Part shown: in pieces, positions 6,289-16,300 of the stretch
How the letters are laid out: the number at the start of each line of letters is the position of its first letter
Numbering within the stretch: position 1 is the stretch's first letter
Virus record (IMG/VR): IMGVR_UViG_3300048849_000170
Location: 1 to 27,155 of that record
Direction: 5' to 3' (one strand)
DNA: 27,155 nucleotides
Source: a virus
Taxonomy: Duplodnaviria > Caudoviricetes
Program-made: the position numbers and the translations under genes
The notes under the pieces: generated by a model
Database searches by the model: none
What the model saw: only the letters and a program-made list of their open reading frames with translations
What the model was told of the DNA's origin: nothing

Positions 6289-8970
6289 TCAAAACGTCCG
6301 CCCGGCTGCGTTGATGTTAGATGCGAAGGTCGGGACCGTTGGGGCCTCGCGAACTTCGCTAACTGCGTCCGCGATCGCCGCCGCTTGCTCGATCGACACC
6401 GGCAGGCCCTCCGGGGTGGTGCCAACATAGGCTCCTAATCCCAGCTCCGCGGCATCGGTGTCCGTCCACGCCCCCTCGTCACTCCAGTATGGCGGGGTAT
6501 CCGTGACCTTATACTGCCACTTGATCCCCGCATGCGCGGTGACGCCGTCGAGATCACGCGAAGTGAAGAAGGTGCCCACCTCGAAGTCGGCAATCGCCGC
6601 CGCGATCGTTGGGCGGTAGACCGCCTCTTTCGCGATGGTGCCGATGGCGTCCGTCAGTTCTGCCACCACAGCGTCACGCGCTACCCGAACCACCGCCGTC
6701 GATGCCGGCTTATCGCCAGCACCAATCGCCGTAATCGTGAAGTCGGTGGTCTGCGTAACCAGGTCCGGCAGCGCCTGCGCCTGGAGCGCGCTGTCCACGA
6801 AGTCGGCAACCGCAAGATCGCCCGCCGTGTTCAGGTGCAGGAGATCGCCATTCCGGCGCAGCGAACGCGGCGTGAAGCCGGCTGCCACGTCGGCAAGATC
6901 GTTCGCCGACCCGTCGTTCCGGCTCTGGAGGAACTGAAGGAGCGTGCGGCCGTCGGCATGCCGCGCCATCAGGCCCGGGAACAGCGCCTCCGTGCGGGCA
7001 TTGGCTGCAAGGTGCGCGTCATACGACGTGCCAGGGCCGCGCTCCGTCCAGTTTGCCGCGGGGATCACTGGCAGCAGCAACACCCGGCAACCGCGCGCCT
7101 GGAGGAAGCTGACGATCAGCTTCAGGTCGACCCACATGCCGGGGTTCGTGTGATCGCCGTATTCGTTCGCGACGCCGCTGAAGAAGAAGTTATTGCCCAT
7201 CCAGACGACAGCCGTCCGGCCGGGGGCTGCCAGCGCGAAGTCGGGCGTGAAAGTGACCGGGCCGTCGAAGGTGATCGCCGTCTCGCCCGGTGCCAGGGCA
7301 ACCCGATAGGCGAAGCTGGCGGCGTTCGGAGCCGAGACCGTGACGCGGCGCGTGACGCCGTTGCGCTCGACATAGCCGCCCATGCTCATGCCGGTCGTCA
7401 GGCCAGCATCTCCCGTCGTCAGAAACGCCGCCGGGTTGTTGCCGTCGATCGGTGCGCCGTTGATCTGGGTGACCGCAACCGTGCCAGTCGCCGGCAACGT
7501 CCCGGCCAGCGTCAGCACGATTGGCTTTGCGCCCGTGCGGTAGACCATCCGGCCGTCCGACGAATAGCGCGCGACGCTCACGAACGGCTGCCCGTAGCGA
7601 GCGGCTAGAACCTGCGACCACCGATCGGTGACGTCGGTGCTGTCCGTCAGGCTGTTGCCGACGAAGGCGAACGGCTGCGCGAGGGAGTTGCTGGGGAACT
7701 CCATGCGGCGCGCGTCACCGCCGAGCGTGACCGTGCGACTGCCCCATTTGACGGTGTGAGCGGTGGGCTGGCCGCTGGTCGTCCATTCGACATAGCCACG
7801 CGGGTTCGCAGCGCTGGAGAGGGCAACGGCGCGCGCGGAGAGGATCTTGACCGCGGACAGCTCGGCGAACTTCTCGGCGGTGACGACCTGCTCCCGATAG
7901 CGAACACGCCAGCGAACCTGCATCTGGCCGTTCGTGGTCGGAGCATCGAGCGAGATCGTTTCCGGCAGGTCGGGGAAGCTGTAGGTGTAGCCCGCGTCGC
8001 CGGACTGGACTTCGTTGACCGTCAGCGTGCCATCGGTGGGTTGCAGCGCGAGGATGTCGCCCGGCAGAACCGCGATGGGGCTCGACAAGGTGAGGGTACG
8101 CATGACATTGCCGCCGGGGGCCGTGACAGTCGCCAGCGCGATCCGCGTGAGGCCGGATGGGGTACCCCGGTACGCGGCAACGCGGACGGTGCCTGCGCCC
8201 TTGTTGAACACGTCGAGCGCTTCAAGCGTCCCCGGGTGGTCGACGGCATCGTGCCAGTAGACTGCGCCGGTGCCCTTCGGGGTGCCGTCGACTAGCGCCA
8301 CGCCGCCTGGCCGGCCGATGAACTCGATGGCGTCCTCGCTCAGGTTGTCGAGCGCGATGACAGCTTCGGCGGCTGCTGCAACCGCTTCGTCGCGGGCAAG
8401 CTCGGCGCCCTCGCGCAGCCCGCCAATGAGGTCCGCTCCGTCGATCACCACCGTAGCGCCGCCATCCTGGCTGATCGTCAGGGTTGCGCCGGCATCCGGG
8501 GACGCAGCACGCGCCGCGGAGCGCGAGCCGTAGCCCGACGCACGGCTCGCAGGTGCGCTGTCCGAGCGGTAGGGGTGCGCCGGCAGGATGACGCGCCCGC
8601 TGAGCCGCGTGCGGCCCCCGATCACGAGCGCGTACTCGAACTCGGCCGGGTCACCCACTTCACCGAAGTAGGGCAGCGCCTGCAGGGTGCCCCGATGCAT
8701 CCGGATACGGACGTCGCTGACCTCGACGCCGTCCACAACGGATACGCCGCGGAACTGGACGCCCTCCGTTTCATAGCCCGCGCCGCCTACGTTGGGCACG
8801 ACCTTGTCGAGGGCGATGATTGCGGGCCCAGGCACGTCGCCGCCCAAGCGCACTTCCATCGCAAGCGCGATGTTCGTCAGATCCCTGCCAACGACCCGGA
8901 TCGGATATTCGTAATAGTCGTCGTTCCGCCAGATCGTGAGATCGTGGGGCGCCGTGATGGGCTGCGTCAT
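6289..8970 (-). CDS. Tail appendage protein with an SGNH/GDSL esterase-like domain
   Basis: Baseplate-anchor-like N-terminus. SGNH blocks FVGNSLT (Ser), WMGNN (Asn) and DLLHLN (Asp/His). Located after the tail tip gene. Confidence 0.75.
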   Translation of the reverse strand: MTQPITAPHDLTIWRNDDYYEYPIRVVGRDLTNIALAMEVRLGGDVPGPAIIALDKVVPNVGGAGYETEGVQFRGVSVVDGVEVSDVRIRMHRGTLQALPYFGEVGDPAEFEYALVIGGRTRLSGRVILPAHPYRSDSAPASRASGYGSRSAARAASPDAGATLTISQDGGATVVIDGADLIGGLREGAELARDEAVAAAAEAVIALDNLSEDAIEFIGRPGGVALVDGTPKGTGAVYWHDAVDHPGTLEALDVFNKGAGTVRVAAYRGTPSGLTRIALATVTAPGGNVMRTLTLSSPIAVLPGDILALQPTDGTLTVNEVQSGDAGYTYSFPDLPETISLDAPTTNGQMQVRWRVRYREQVVTAEKFAELSAVKILSARAVALSSAANPRGYVEWTTSGQPTAHTVKWGSRTVTLGGDARRMEFPSNSLAQPFAFVGNSLTDSTDVTDRWSQVLAARYGQPFVSVARYSSDGRMVYRTGAKPIVLTLAGTLPATGTVAVTQINGAPIDGNNPAAFLTTGDAGLTTGMSMGGYVERNGVTRRVTVSAPNAASFAYRVALAPGETAITFDGPVTFTPDFALAAPGRTAVVWMGNNFFFSGVANEYGDHTNPGMWVDLKLIVSFLQARGCRVLLLPVIPAANWTERGPGTSYDAHLAANARTEALFPGLMARHADGRTLLQFLQSRNDGSANDLADVAAGFTPRSLRRNGDLLHLNTAGDLAVADFVDSALQAQALPDLVTQTTDFTITAIGAGDKPASTAVVRVARDAVVAELTDAIGTIAKEAVYRPTIAAAIADFEVGTFFTSRDLDGVTAHAGIKWQYKVTDTPPYWSDEGAWTDTDAAELGLGAYVGTTPEGLPVSIEQAAAIADAVSEVREAPTVPTFASNINAAGRTF

Positions 8971-9022
8971 GAAGGATCGCTCCGGGTCAGGTGTGAGGGT
9001 GCTGGCAACGCGGCCGTCGCGA

Positions 9023-11641
9023 TCAGGTCTGGTCGACCTGCCGCGGCTCCATCTTGATGTTGTGCGAGAGGACGCCGTTGGAGACGTAGGTATGGGCGTC
9101 GGTCACGGTCGCCTTGACGATCCGATGCGAACCCGGAACCTGCGTGCCGATGTCGCGCATCTTCACCCAGGCGCCGGTGTAGACGAGGTGGTCTCCGGTG
9201 GCGCGAAGCGGCCGGCCGCCAACCTCCGCCTGCCAGACGTCCTCGCTGTCGGCGATTTCCACCGCCTCAACGGAGAAGATGCCCCAGCCGCCCGCGATCT
9301 CGTTCAGCCGCAGCTCGTGCCGCGTCAGGACCCGGTCACCAACGGCAAGGTCGCCAGCCGGCTTCTCGGTACCATCCGCCATCAGGATCGGCGTGTCCGT
9401 GGTCACGCACGGGCCGCCGGGCGGGGTTGCGCCACCGCCGCTCGACGGCGGGCTGCCGGCAGTCGGGATGATCGCATAGCCCAGATAGTGCCGGCCGGGG
9501 TGGCCGGGCGCAGGGCGGGCGTCGATATCGTCTTCGAACAGCTGGTACGTCACCGCGCCGCCGAGGCGTTCCTCGTCATCATAGCCGAGAGCCCGGAACG
9601 AGCCGGGAGCAAGGCCGGTGGCGATCGTCGCTCCTGCAACCGCAACGTCTGGGTGGCCGTCGGTGTAACGGCGTGTGTGAGCGCTGAGGGTGAGCGTCCC
9701 GTCGTCGCCCGCAGTGATCGCCAGACCGATAGGGAACGACGTGGCGATCGCCGACTGCGTTCCGCCCGCCGCGCTGAACACCCCGGCCGTGACCGGGCCC
9801 AGCACCAGCCGGTCGCTATAAGCGCCCGCCACCATATAGCGGACCGCGACCTCGTACTGCGTGCCGGAGCTAACGCTCGTGATCTCCTTGCGAGTGATGC
9901 CCGTGCCGTCGATGCCTCCGCCGCTCCAGCCGGCGTCCGGATCTGCGCCAGCCGCATAGGGCCGGTATTCGAACAGCACGCCTGCCATCGGACGATCATC
10001 GGCTGCGCCGGTGACGATCAGCGCCGGGAAGGACACGCCGTTGGCACTCAGCACCGCCCCGTTTGCGATCCAGTCGGCGGCATCGGGCGCGCTGAGGTCG
10101 ACCGTCGGGATCGAAAGATCAGGCGTCGGCGGCGCGGTACCGCCCTTGCCGAGCGCGAAGTTGTGCTTCGATGCAGTCTCGGAGCGACAGGTGAACGTCA
10201 CGCCCACGGTCGCCATGTCGATTTCGCGCTCGCGCACCACGACGTCGCGGCCGACCAGCGCCGCTTCGGGAATGTCGACCGTGAGGCAGTCGCCGGGGCG
10301 ATAGCCGATCATGGTCGCGTTGCAGGGAAGAAGAATGCCGTCGAGTTCGCGGCCGTTCAGGATCTCGTAGAGCCCCAGCTGCGCGCCTTGGTCGACCTGC
10401 TGCACCAGCGGGAACTTCACTTCCCGCGGCCGGCTGCCACCGTCGACGGCGACATAGTCAGGGATCGCGATTGCATCGAGCGGGACCATCTCCCAGCCGT
10501 GGCTTTCCAGCCGTACCGAAGGGATGACGGTGTTACGGCGAGCCCGGCGGGAAGCGGTGCCCGGCACGTCGACGTCGCCGATGATGTCTGCGCTCGTGAT
10601 GGTGCCGATCGAGACGCGCGGGGCGTTGAAGGTGACCGACAGCTGCCCGGCCACCGGCATCGGTTCACCGCCGCCCGCCTGGCAGATCATCTTGAGGATG
10701 TCCCAGTCGTTGTCGGCCGTCGTGTAGACGATGCCGCCAGCCTTCCAGTTGTTCGCATCGCAGATGTTCGCGAACTCGACGAACGGCGCCAGGTCGATGC
10801 CAACGACCTTCATACCGCCCCCGGCGATCAGCGTGCCGTTCTGGGCCCGCCCGTGCGCCCAGGTGATGGCATGCAGCCCCGGGTTCTCGCTGTAGACGTA
10901 CGTCGCCTCCTGCCCCAGCCGGCACGGACCCGCGCCGCCCGGATAGGTGCTGTCGAGACGGGGATCGTAGACGAAGACGCCCTCAAGGATCCGGCCGCGC
11001 TCGGGCACGCCGTTGGGGAACTTCTTGCCCTTGCTGTCGAACTTGAGCGTCCACAGATCAGCAGCGAGCCCAGATAGCTTGGAGGTCGCGTTCCAGCCGG
11101 GAAAGTCGCCCTGCGGCCCCTGCAGCGCGCGACTCTCCGGACACGCGCCAAGCTGCTGGTCGAGCCACATATAGCCCGCGTACGTTCCCACTGCGGCGCG
11201 GTTGGAGAAGCTGACGGTGGCCTTCTCGACCTGAAAGGGTCCGAGGCTCTTGATGGGCCCGATGCTGTGGACCGCGACCCAACTCTCCAGGCTGTTCTTC
11301 GACCCATAATACTGGCGATGCACGACCTTGCCGGCCGAGTAGGTCCGACCGATCGCGTACGGCAGGCCCGATTCCTTATCGATCGTGAACTGGGTCGGGT
11401 TGCCGCCGAGGGAGCCCTTCGGGGCGGCTACTGCCGAGGCGATGGAGAGCGCGGCCGCGCCAAATTGTGCGATGCTGGCGACACTGGCCACAGTCGCCAA
11501 AGTGCCGACAGTCGCAGCCGATGCGCCGGCGGCGAGCGTGGTCGCTCCAAGCAGGCCTGCGCCTGCGGCAGCGCCGACTCCGGTCGCAACGAGCGCGACG
11601 GCGCCGACGACAAATGCCGCCGTCCGAAGGGCTTTCGCCAT
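9023..11641 (-). CDS. Central tail tip / host-specificity (gpJ-like) protein with a C-terminal Hint domain
   Basis: Hydrophobic Ala/Gly-rich N-terminus, VYDPRLDST and YSENP motifs of alphaproteobacterial tail proteins, an FN3-like YEVAVRY segment, then CVTTDTPILMADG...ATGDH...HTYVSNGVLSHN. Confidence 0.85.
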   Translation of the reverse strand: MAKALRTAAFVVGAVALVATGVGAAAGAGLLGATTLAAGASAATVGTLATVASVASIAQFGAAALSIASAVAAPKGSLGGNPTQFTIDKESGLPYAIGRTYSAGKVVHRQYYGSKNSLESWVAVHSIGPIKSLGPFQVEKATVSFSNRAAVGTYAGYMWLDQQLGACPESRALQGPQGDFPGWNATSKLSGLAADLWTLKFDSKGKKFPNGVPERGRILEGVFVYDPRLDSTYPGGAGPCRLGQEATYVYSENPGLHAITWAHGRAQNGTLIAGGGMKVVGIDLAPFVEFANICDANNWKAGGIVYTTADNDWDILKMICQAGGGEPMPVAGQLSVTFNAPRVSIGTITSADIIGDVDVPGTASRRARRNTVIPSVRLESHGWEMVPLDAIAIPDYVAVDGGSRPREVKFPLVQQVDQGAQLGLYEILNGRELDGILLPCNATMIGYRPGDCLTVDIPEAALVGRDVVVREREIDMATVGVTFTCRSETASKHNFALGKGGTAPPTPDLSIPTVDLSAPDAADWIANGAVLSANGVSFPALIVTGAADDRPMAGVLFEYRPYAAGADPDAGWSGGGIDGTGITRKEITSVSSGTQYEVAVRYMVAGAYSDRLVLGPVTAGVFSAAGGTQSAIATSFPIGLAITAGDDGTLTLSAHTRRYTDGHPDVAVAGATIATGLAPGSFRALGYDDEERLGGAVTYQLFEDDIDARPAPGHPGRHYLGYAIIPTAGSPPSSGGGATPPGGPCVTTDTPILMADGTEKPAGDLAVGDRVLTRHELRLNEIAGGWGIFSVEAVEIADSEDVWQAEVGGRPLRATGDHLVYTGAWVKMRDIGTQVPGSHRIVKATVTDAHTYVSNGVLSHNIKMEPRQVDQT

Positions 11642-11650
11642 GAGTGCCTC

Positions 11651-12070
11651 TCAGACCCGCCAGGCGGCGAGATATTGGACGGGCTGGAGGATATCCGCGC
11701 CGTCCACGTCCTCGTGATAGCCGAGCACGCGGCCGTTCCCCACGGCCACGCTAAGGGCTCCTCCGAACGGTCCCTCCGCAGGCAGCAGCACAAGGTCGGC
11801 AACCCAGGCGGCAGCTGGAGCGACCCGCGGGAAGCCCAGCGCGTCGACGGCAGCCGCCAGGTCCTCGAAACCCGCACGCTGAAGCGCGCGCGCCGCACCC
11901 AAGGCGGTCTTGTAGCTGCCTGCCTTAGCCAGCTGCGGCCGGTGCCCCATCTTGCGCAGGAGGAACGCCGCCAGCCGGACGCAGTCGTTCTTGCCATAGA
12001 TCAAGGGCTGACCCTTGAAGCGGTCGACGGTCGCCTGCGCGGCGTGCTGCCGGCGAAGGAGCTCGGTCAT
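11651..12070 (-). CDS. NlpC/P60-like tail-associated protein (DUF6950-like)
   Basis: YGKNDCVRLAAF motif, in the lambda gpK position. ATG at 12070 overlaps the upstream TGA. Confidence 0.7.
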   Translation of the reverse strand: MTELLRRQHAAQATVDRFKGQPLIYGKNDCVRLAAFLLRKMGHRPQLAKAGSYKTALGAARALQRAGFEDLAAAVDALGFPRVAPAAAWVADLVLLPAEGPFGGALSVAVGNGRVLGYHEDVDGADILQPVQYLAAWRV

Positions 12071-12714
12071 AGTCCGATGTTCCCGAGGAAGGACGCGGCC
12101 AAGCTGCCGCCACCGACGATGCGGACGTTTGAGGGCCGCTTCTCCACGCCCCACAGCGAGGTCTTGTCGGTGCCGGTCATGTTCGCGAGACCGGTTTCGC
12201 CCGGCCACATGAGGCGGTGCCAGCTGTCCGAGAGGCGCGCTCCGCGCTCTTCGTCGTGGAACGGCTCAAGTGCCGAGGCGCAACGCCATTCCAGCGTGCG
12301 CGTACCTTTGCCGACCCGCAGCCTGGGCACGTCCAGTTCTCCCGCGAACAGCTGGATTGGCTCGGGCAACAGCCGGCCAGTTGCCGGATCGATCAGGCCC
12401 AGCCAGCCGGCTACCTCCCCACCCTGAGCGGTGGCGGACGCGAGTTCCGAGGCTGCGGCTTCGTCCGGAGGAACGAAGGTCAACTGCCAATCCGGCGCCT
12501 CGTTCGCGACCCCGTCCTTCAGGTTGCTGGCCGCGACCAGGACACCGAAGCGGGGATCCTCCCCAACGAAGCGATCGCCGTCGAACGGCACCTCGACCGA
12601 ACCTACCACCTGGCACAGCGCGTAGCCGGGCAACCGCACCCGCACGAGCGGCGCAAATGGGTATTGGCCGGAGCGCAGCGCTGCCGACATCTGGGGCGTG
12701 AGGCGGAAGGTCAT
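12067..12714 (-). CDS. Minor tail / tail tip protein
   Basis: Position between the distal tail gene and the NlpC-like gene. C-terminal RLSDSWHRLMWPGETGL pattern. Coupled start and stop. Confidence 0.6.
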   Translation of the reverse strand: MTFRLTPQMSAALRSGQYPFAPLVRVRLPGYALCQVVGSVEVPFDGDRFVGEDPRFGVLVAASNLKDGVANEAPDWQLTFVPPDEAAASELASATAQGGEVAGWLGLIDPATGRLLPEPIQLFAGELDVPRLRVGKGTRTLEWRCASALEPFHDEERGARLSDSWHRLMWPGETGLANMTGTDKTSLWGVEKRPSNVRIVGGGSLAASFLGNIGL

Positions 12715-13310
12715 GCCCGCTCCTGGATGCTGAACGACAGCGGGTCCGTCTTAGCGCGCCGGAACAGCGCGCCCTTGTCGAAGCCGAGCAGCTTCCCCTC
12801 GATCATGGGGGCAACGAATTCGACGGGCTCGGCGTCGATCGTCAGAAAGCGGAGCATCGGCCAGATCGGCAGCGCAACCCGGCCGTTATCGGGCACCATC
12901 ATCTGTCCGGCGCCCGCGATCATGTGGACGTAGTGCCGGCCGCGGTGAATGATGCTGAAGAAGTTGCCCCGGGTAAGCCAGCCCCGCTGCAAGCCGCGCA
13001 GCGACAGGGTCGTGCCGCCCTGATCCGTGCCATCGACCACTACGCCGAAGCCGGCGGTATGGCGGGCCCGGTTCGGCTGGACGATCCGCATGGCGGCGGT
13101 GCCGTTGCTGGCCTCGAACAACGCAGCCATCATGATCCGGCCTTCGTCATCGTTCCGGAACTGGGTGGTTTCGACGTCCGCCGCGAAGCGATCGCCTGGG
13201 CGCGGGATAGGCAGATCAGGCCCGCCGAATGCGCCCTCCTGCTCTCCGCTGAATAGACGGGGGCGAAGGGCGAAGGACTTGATCCGCAGGTGCGGGATCT
13301 CGACCCGCAT
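12711..13310 (-). CDS. Distal tail-like protein
   Basis: Directly follows the tape measure gene with a TGATG overlap at 13312-13308. IWPMLR motif. Confidence 0.6.
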   Translation of the reverse strand: MRVEIPHLRIKSFALRPRLFSGEQEGAFGGPDLPIPRPGDRFAADVETTQFRNDDEGRIMMAALFEASNGTAAMRIVQPNRARHTAGFGVVVDGTDQGGTTLSLRGLQRGWLTRGNFFSIIHRGRHYVHMIAGAGQMMVPDNGRVALPIWPMLRFLTIDAEPVEFVAPMIEGKLLGFDKGALFRRAKTDPLSFSIQERA

Positions 13311-16300
13311 CAGCGCCAACCCCGGCCAAGCCGCCGCGCGCCAGCCGCCGCGCCGTTTGCCTCCGCCATCGCCGCGCCGCCAGCCGCACCCCGCACCGCT
13401 GCGCCGGCGCCGATCGCGTTCATCTGGTCGAGCACGTCCTGCGTCACGAGCGCCCCCTCAAGGTGGAAGTGATTGTGCGTCTCGCCGCGCGCTGCCGTGT
13501 CGTTTGCGGCCAGCAGACGCCGCGTCTCGCCAGCCGACGTCACCCGCGATCCCTGCGGCAGGTTGACGATCTCGGGCCCGTTCTCCGCCAGCCAGGTTGC
13601 GCCGCCGGACCACCATTCGGTACCGGCCGCGTTGTTGCCCACGCCCTTGGAGCCGAACAGCTTGCCGAGGTTGCCCAGGGCGCTGCTCAGGGTGGGCAGA
13701 GCCTTGTCGCCGTTCAGCAGGTTCTTGATCGGGTTGAGCAGGGCGAGCTTCACGAACTCGCTCTTGAGCATGTTCAGGATCGTCTTGCCGGCGTTGCCCC
13801 AGCTCGACCAGGTGTCCTCAGAAAGCACCGTGTCCACGAAGTCGCTGCCGAAGTCGCGCAGCTCCTGGAACCCGGCAGCGGCGAGCTTCGCCTTGGCTGC
13901 GATGCTGTCGAGATGCTCCTGGTTCTCCAGCAGCTTCCGGCCCTCCTCGCTGTCGGCGGAAATGTTCTCGCGCTTCATGCGCAGGATTAGATCCAGCTTC
14001 GCCATCGCGCGATCGCGCTCGTCGTTGCCGGCTGCCGCGAGGGATAGGTCGAGCTTCGCCATCTCCAGCGAATCCCGCTGATCGTCGGAGGTGTTGACGT
14101 AGAACTGGGCACGGCGGAAGCCTTCGCTGGCGCGCGCTTCGTTGACCCGGGCATCTACGAACCCGGTTCGGTCCTCACCGGTTAGCTTCTTGGCGTCCGC
14201 ATCGCGCTTCGCTGCCCGGCGGGCTGCATCAAGGGCGCGCTGCAGCGGATCCTTGCCGAGGTCGCGAATGCTTTCGATCGTCTCGGCGAAGCGATCCTTC
14301 GACGCCTTCGTCTCGACGGCCGCCCCGCTGCGCGCCTCTTCCGCGTGCATCTCGGCCAGTGCCTTGCGATAGGCTTCGATAACGACGGTCAACTGCGCCA
14401 GCGCCTCGCCCTGGGCGACGGTCTGGAGCTTCAACAAGGGGCGCAACGCCGCTTCATCGGACAGAGCCTGAGCCATACCGTCCGCCGGCAGCGTGCCGGC
14501 GAGCACCTGGGCACGCACAGCCGCGCGCGCCTCCGTCTCCTCACGCAGCTGGGCAACGGACTTCGCGCCGTTCGCCACCTGCTCGCCGACCATCACCTGC
14601 AGCTGGCGCGCTACCTGCGCGTCGGTGTCGATGCCCCTGCGCGTGGCGTCCGTCAGGCCCTTGCGGGCGGCCTCGGCACGCAGTGCGGCGGCACCGCCAA
14701 CCAGATACGCCTTCGCCAGATCGAGCGAGGCTTCGGCGTTGACCTCCATCGCCTCGGCCTGACGGCCCAGCGATTCCGCGCGGCGATCACCGCTGCGGCG
14801 GCTGGCGTCCTGCGCGACGTTGAGATCGCGCTCTGCGGCCGTGCGTGCCTCCAGCAGCTTCGCCTGGTCCGCCTGCGTCTTGCCGCTCGCCTCATAGGCG
14901 GCGTCCGCTTCCTTGATGCGGATCTGATACTGCGCCTGGGCGCGATCCAGCGCGGTGGTGGCGCCGGCGAGCTTTGCACGCGCCTCAAGCAGGCTGGTGT
15001 CGGCGTTCGCGAGCGCGGTGGTGTCGCCACGAAGCGCACGAAGCTCCTTCTGCAGGTCAGCGTTCTCGCGCGTGGCGATGATCGCCTGACCGCCGATCCC
15101 GGAGACGTCGAGGGCAACCCGAGCCAGTTCCGGCCGGGTCTTCGCCAGCGCGGCCAAGCCATCGGACAGCTTCGCGACGTCACCACCGGCAGAGCGGATA
15201 ACCCGCTGCACATCGACATCGTCTTCGAAGCTGACGCCGCTCGTGGTGGAGCCCGGAGTCGCGCGGGTCGTGCGGAGGGTAGCATCCGCGGCGCGATCGA
15301 ACGCCTTGGCGCGGGCATCGGTAATCGCCTTCTCGTTCGCCGCGATCTGTGCCTGCCGCGTCAGGATGGCATTGAGCACCAGCGTGCGGTTCTGCTCCTT
15401 GAGCTTGCCCGTCGTGCTGTCGATGAAGTTCCCGATATCCGACTGCCGGTCCTGGAACTTCTTCATGCCCGCCTCGGCCTTCTCCGAAGCGTCGTTGTTC
15501 TTGAGCAGGTGATCCGTCAGCGCGCCGAGCAACAGCATGCCGCCCGTGACCGCGAGGCCATAGGGCCCGATCATGAAGCGGGCGAACGACCCGGCCTTGC
15601 CCTCCAGGTTGGCGAACTGCCCCGCCGCCTGGCCGCCCTGAATCGCAAGGACGCTAAGCGGGTTTGCGCCCATGGATAACTGGGTGAACAGGTCCTGCGC
15701 CTGAAACGACAGCCCCTGCATCGCCGCACGCTGGGCGCCGGCGGAGTTTGCGTTGCGTTGCTGCGCCGCGGTCGCGGTGTCGAGGGCGGCCCTCTCCTGC
15801 CCCAGCTTGGCGACGTACTGGTCGAGTGAAATGCGGCCCTTGCTGACAAGATCCCGCGCGTTCTCCATCTCGGCGTTGAATCGCTGCTGCGCGGCCGCAG
15901 CAGGATCGATGGAGGCGACAAGCGCGCGGGTCCGGGCATCCAGTTGCTCTTCGACAGTGAGCAACTCGCTCATTGCCTGAGCCGAGCGCTTTGCTGAGCC
16001 CTCCCACTGGCCGAAGCCGGTCCCGGCGGCAGCCTCTACGCGGGCCTGTACCGCAGTCAGCTCGGCAGTCTCGGTCGCGGCCGTGCGCGTTGCGCCAGCC
16101 ACCTTTTCGAGGATCGCGGCTGCCTGTGCCTCGGCCTGTACGAACTGATCGAGCGTAATGCGGCCGGCCTCGTGCAGAGCCGCGGCCTCCCGGATCTCGG
16201 CGTTGTAGCGCTGCTGAGCCGCGAAGGCGGGATCGATCGCGGTCACTAGCGCCCGCGTCCGAGCTTCTAGCTGCTCTTCGGCTGCGATCAGTTCCTTGAA

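Noticed and set aside
9059-9409. Canonical mobile intein
   Set aside because: No homing endonuclease, the +1 residue is Ile, and the C-terminal remainder is only 11 aa. It is better described as a BIL-like Hint domain.
8936-11077. Long + strand ORFs (e.g. 8936-11077, 4662-5948, 14345-15679, 22455-23918, 24938-26413)
   Set aside because: Antisense shadows of GC-rich minus-strand genes: Arg/Gly-rich, with no recognisable motifs.
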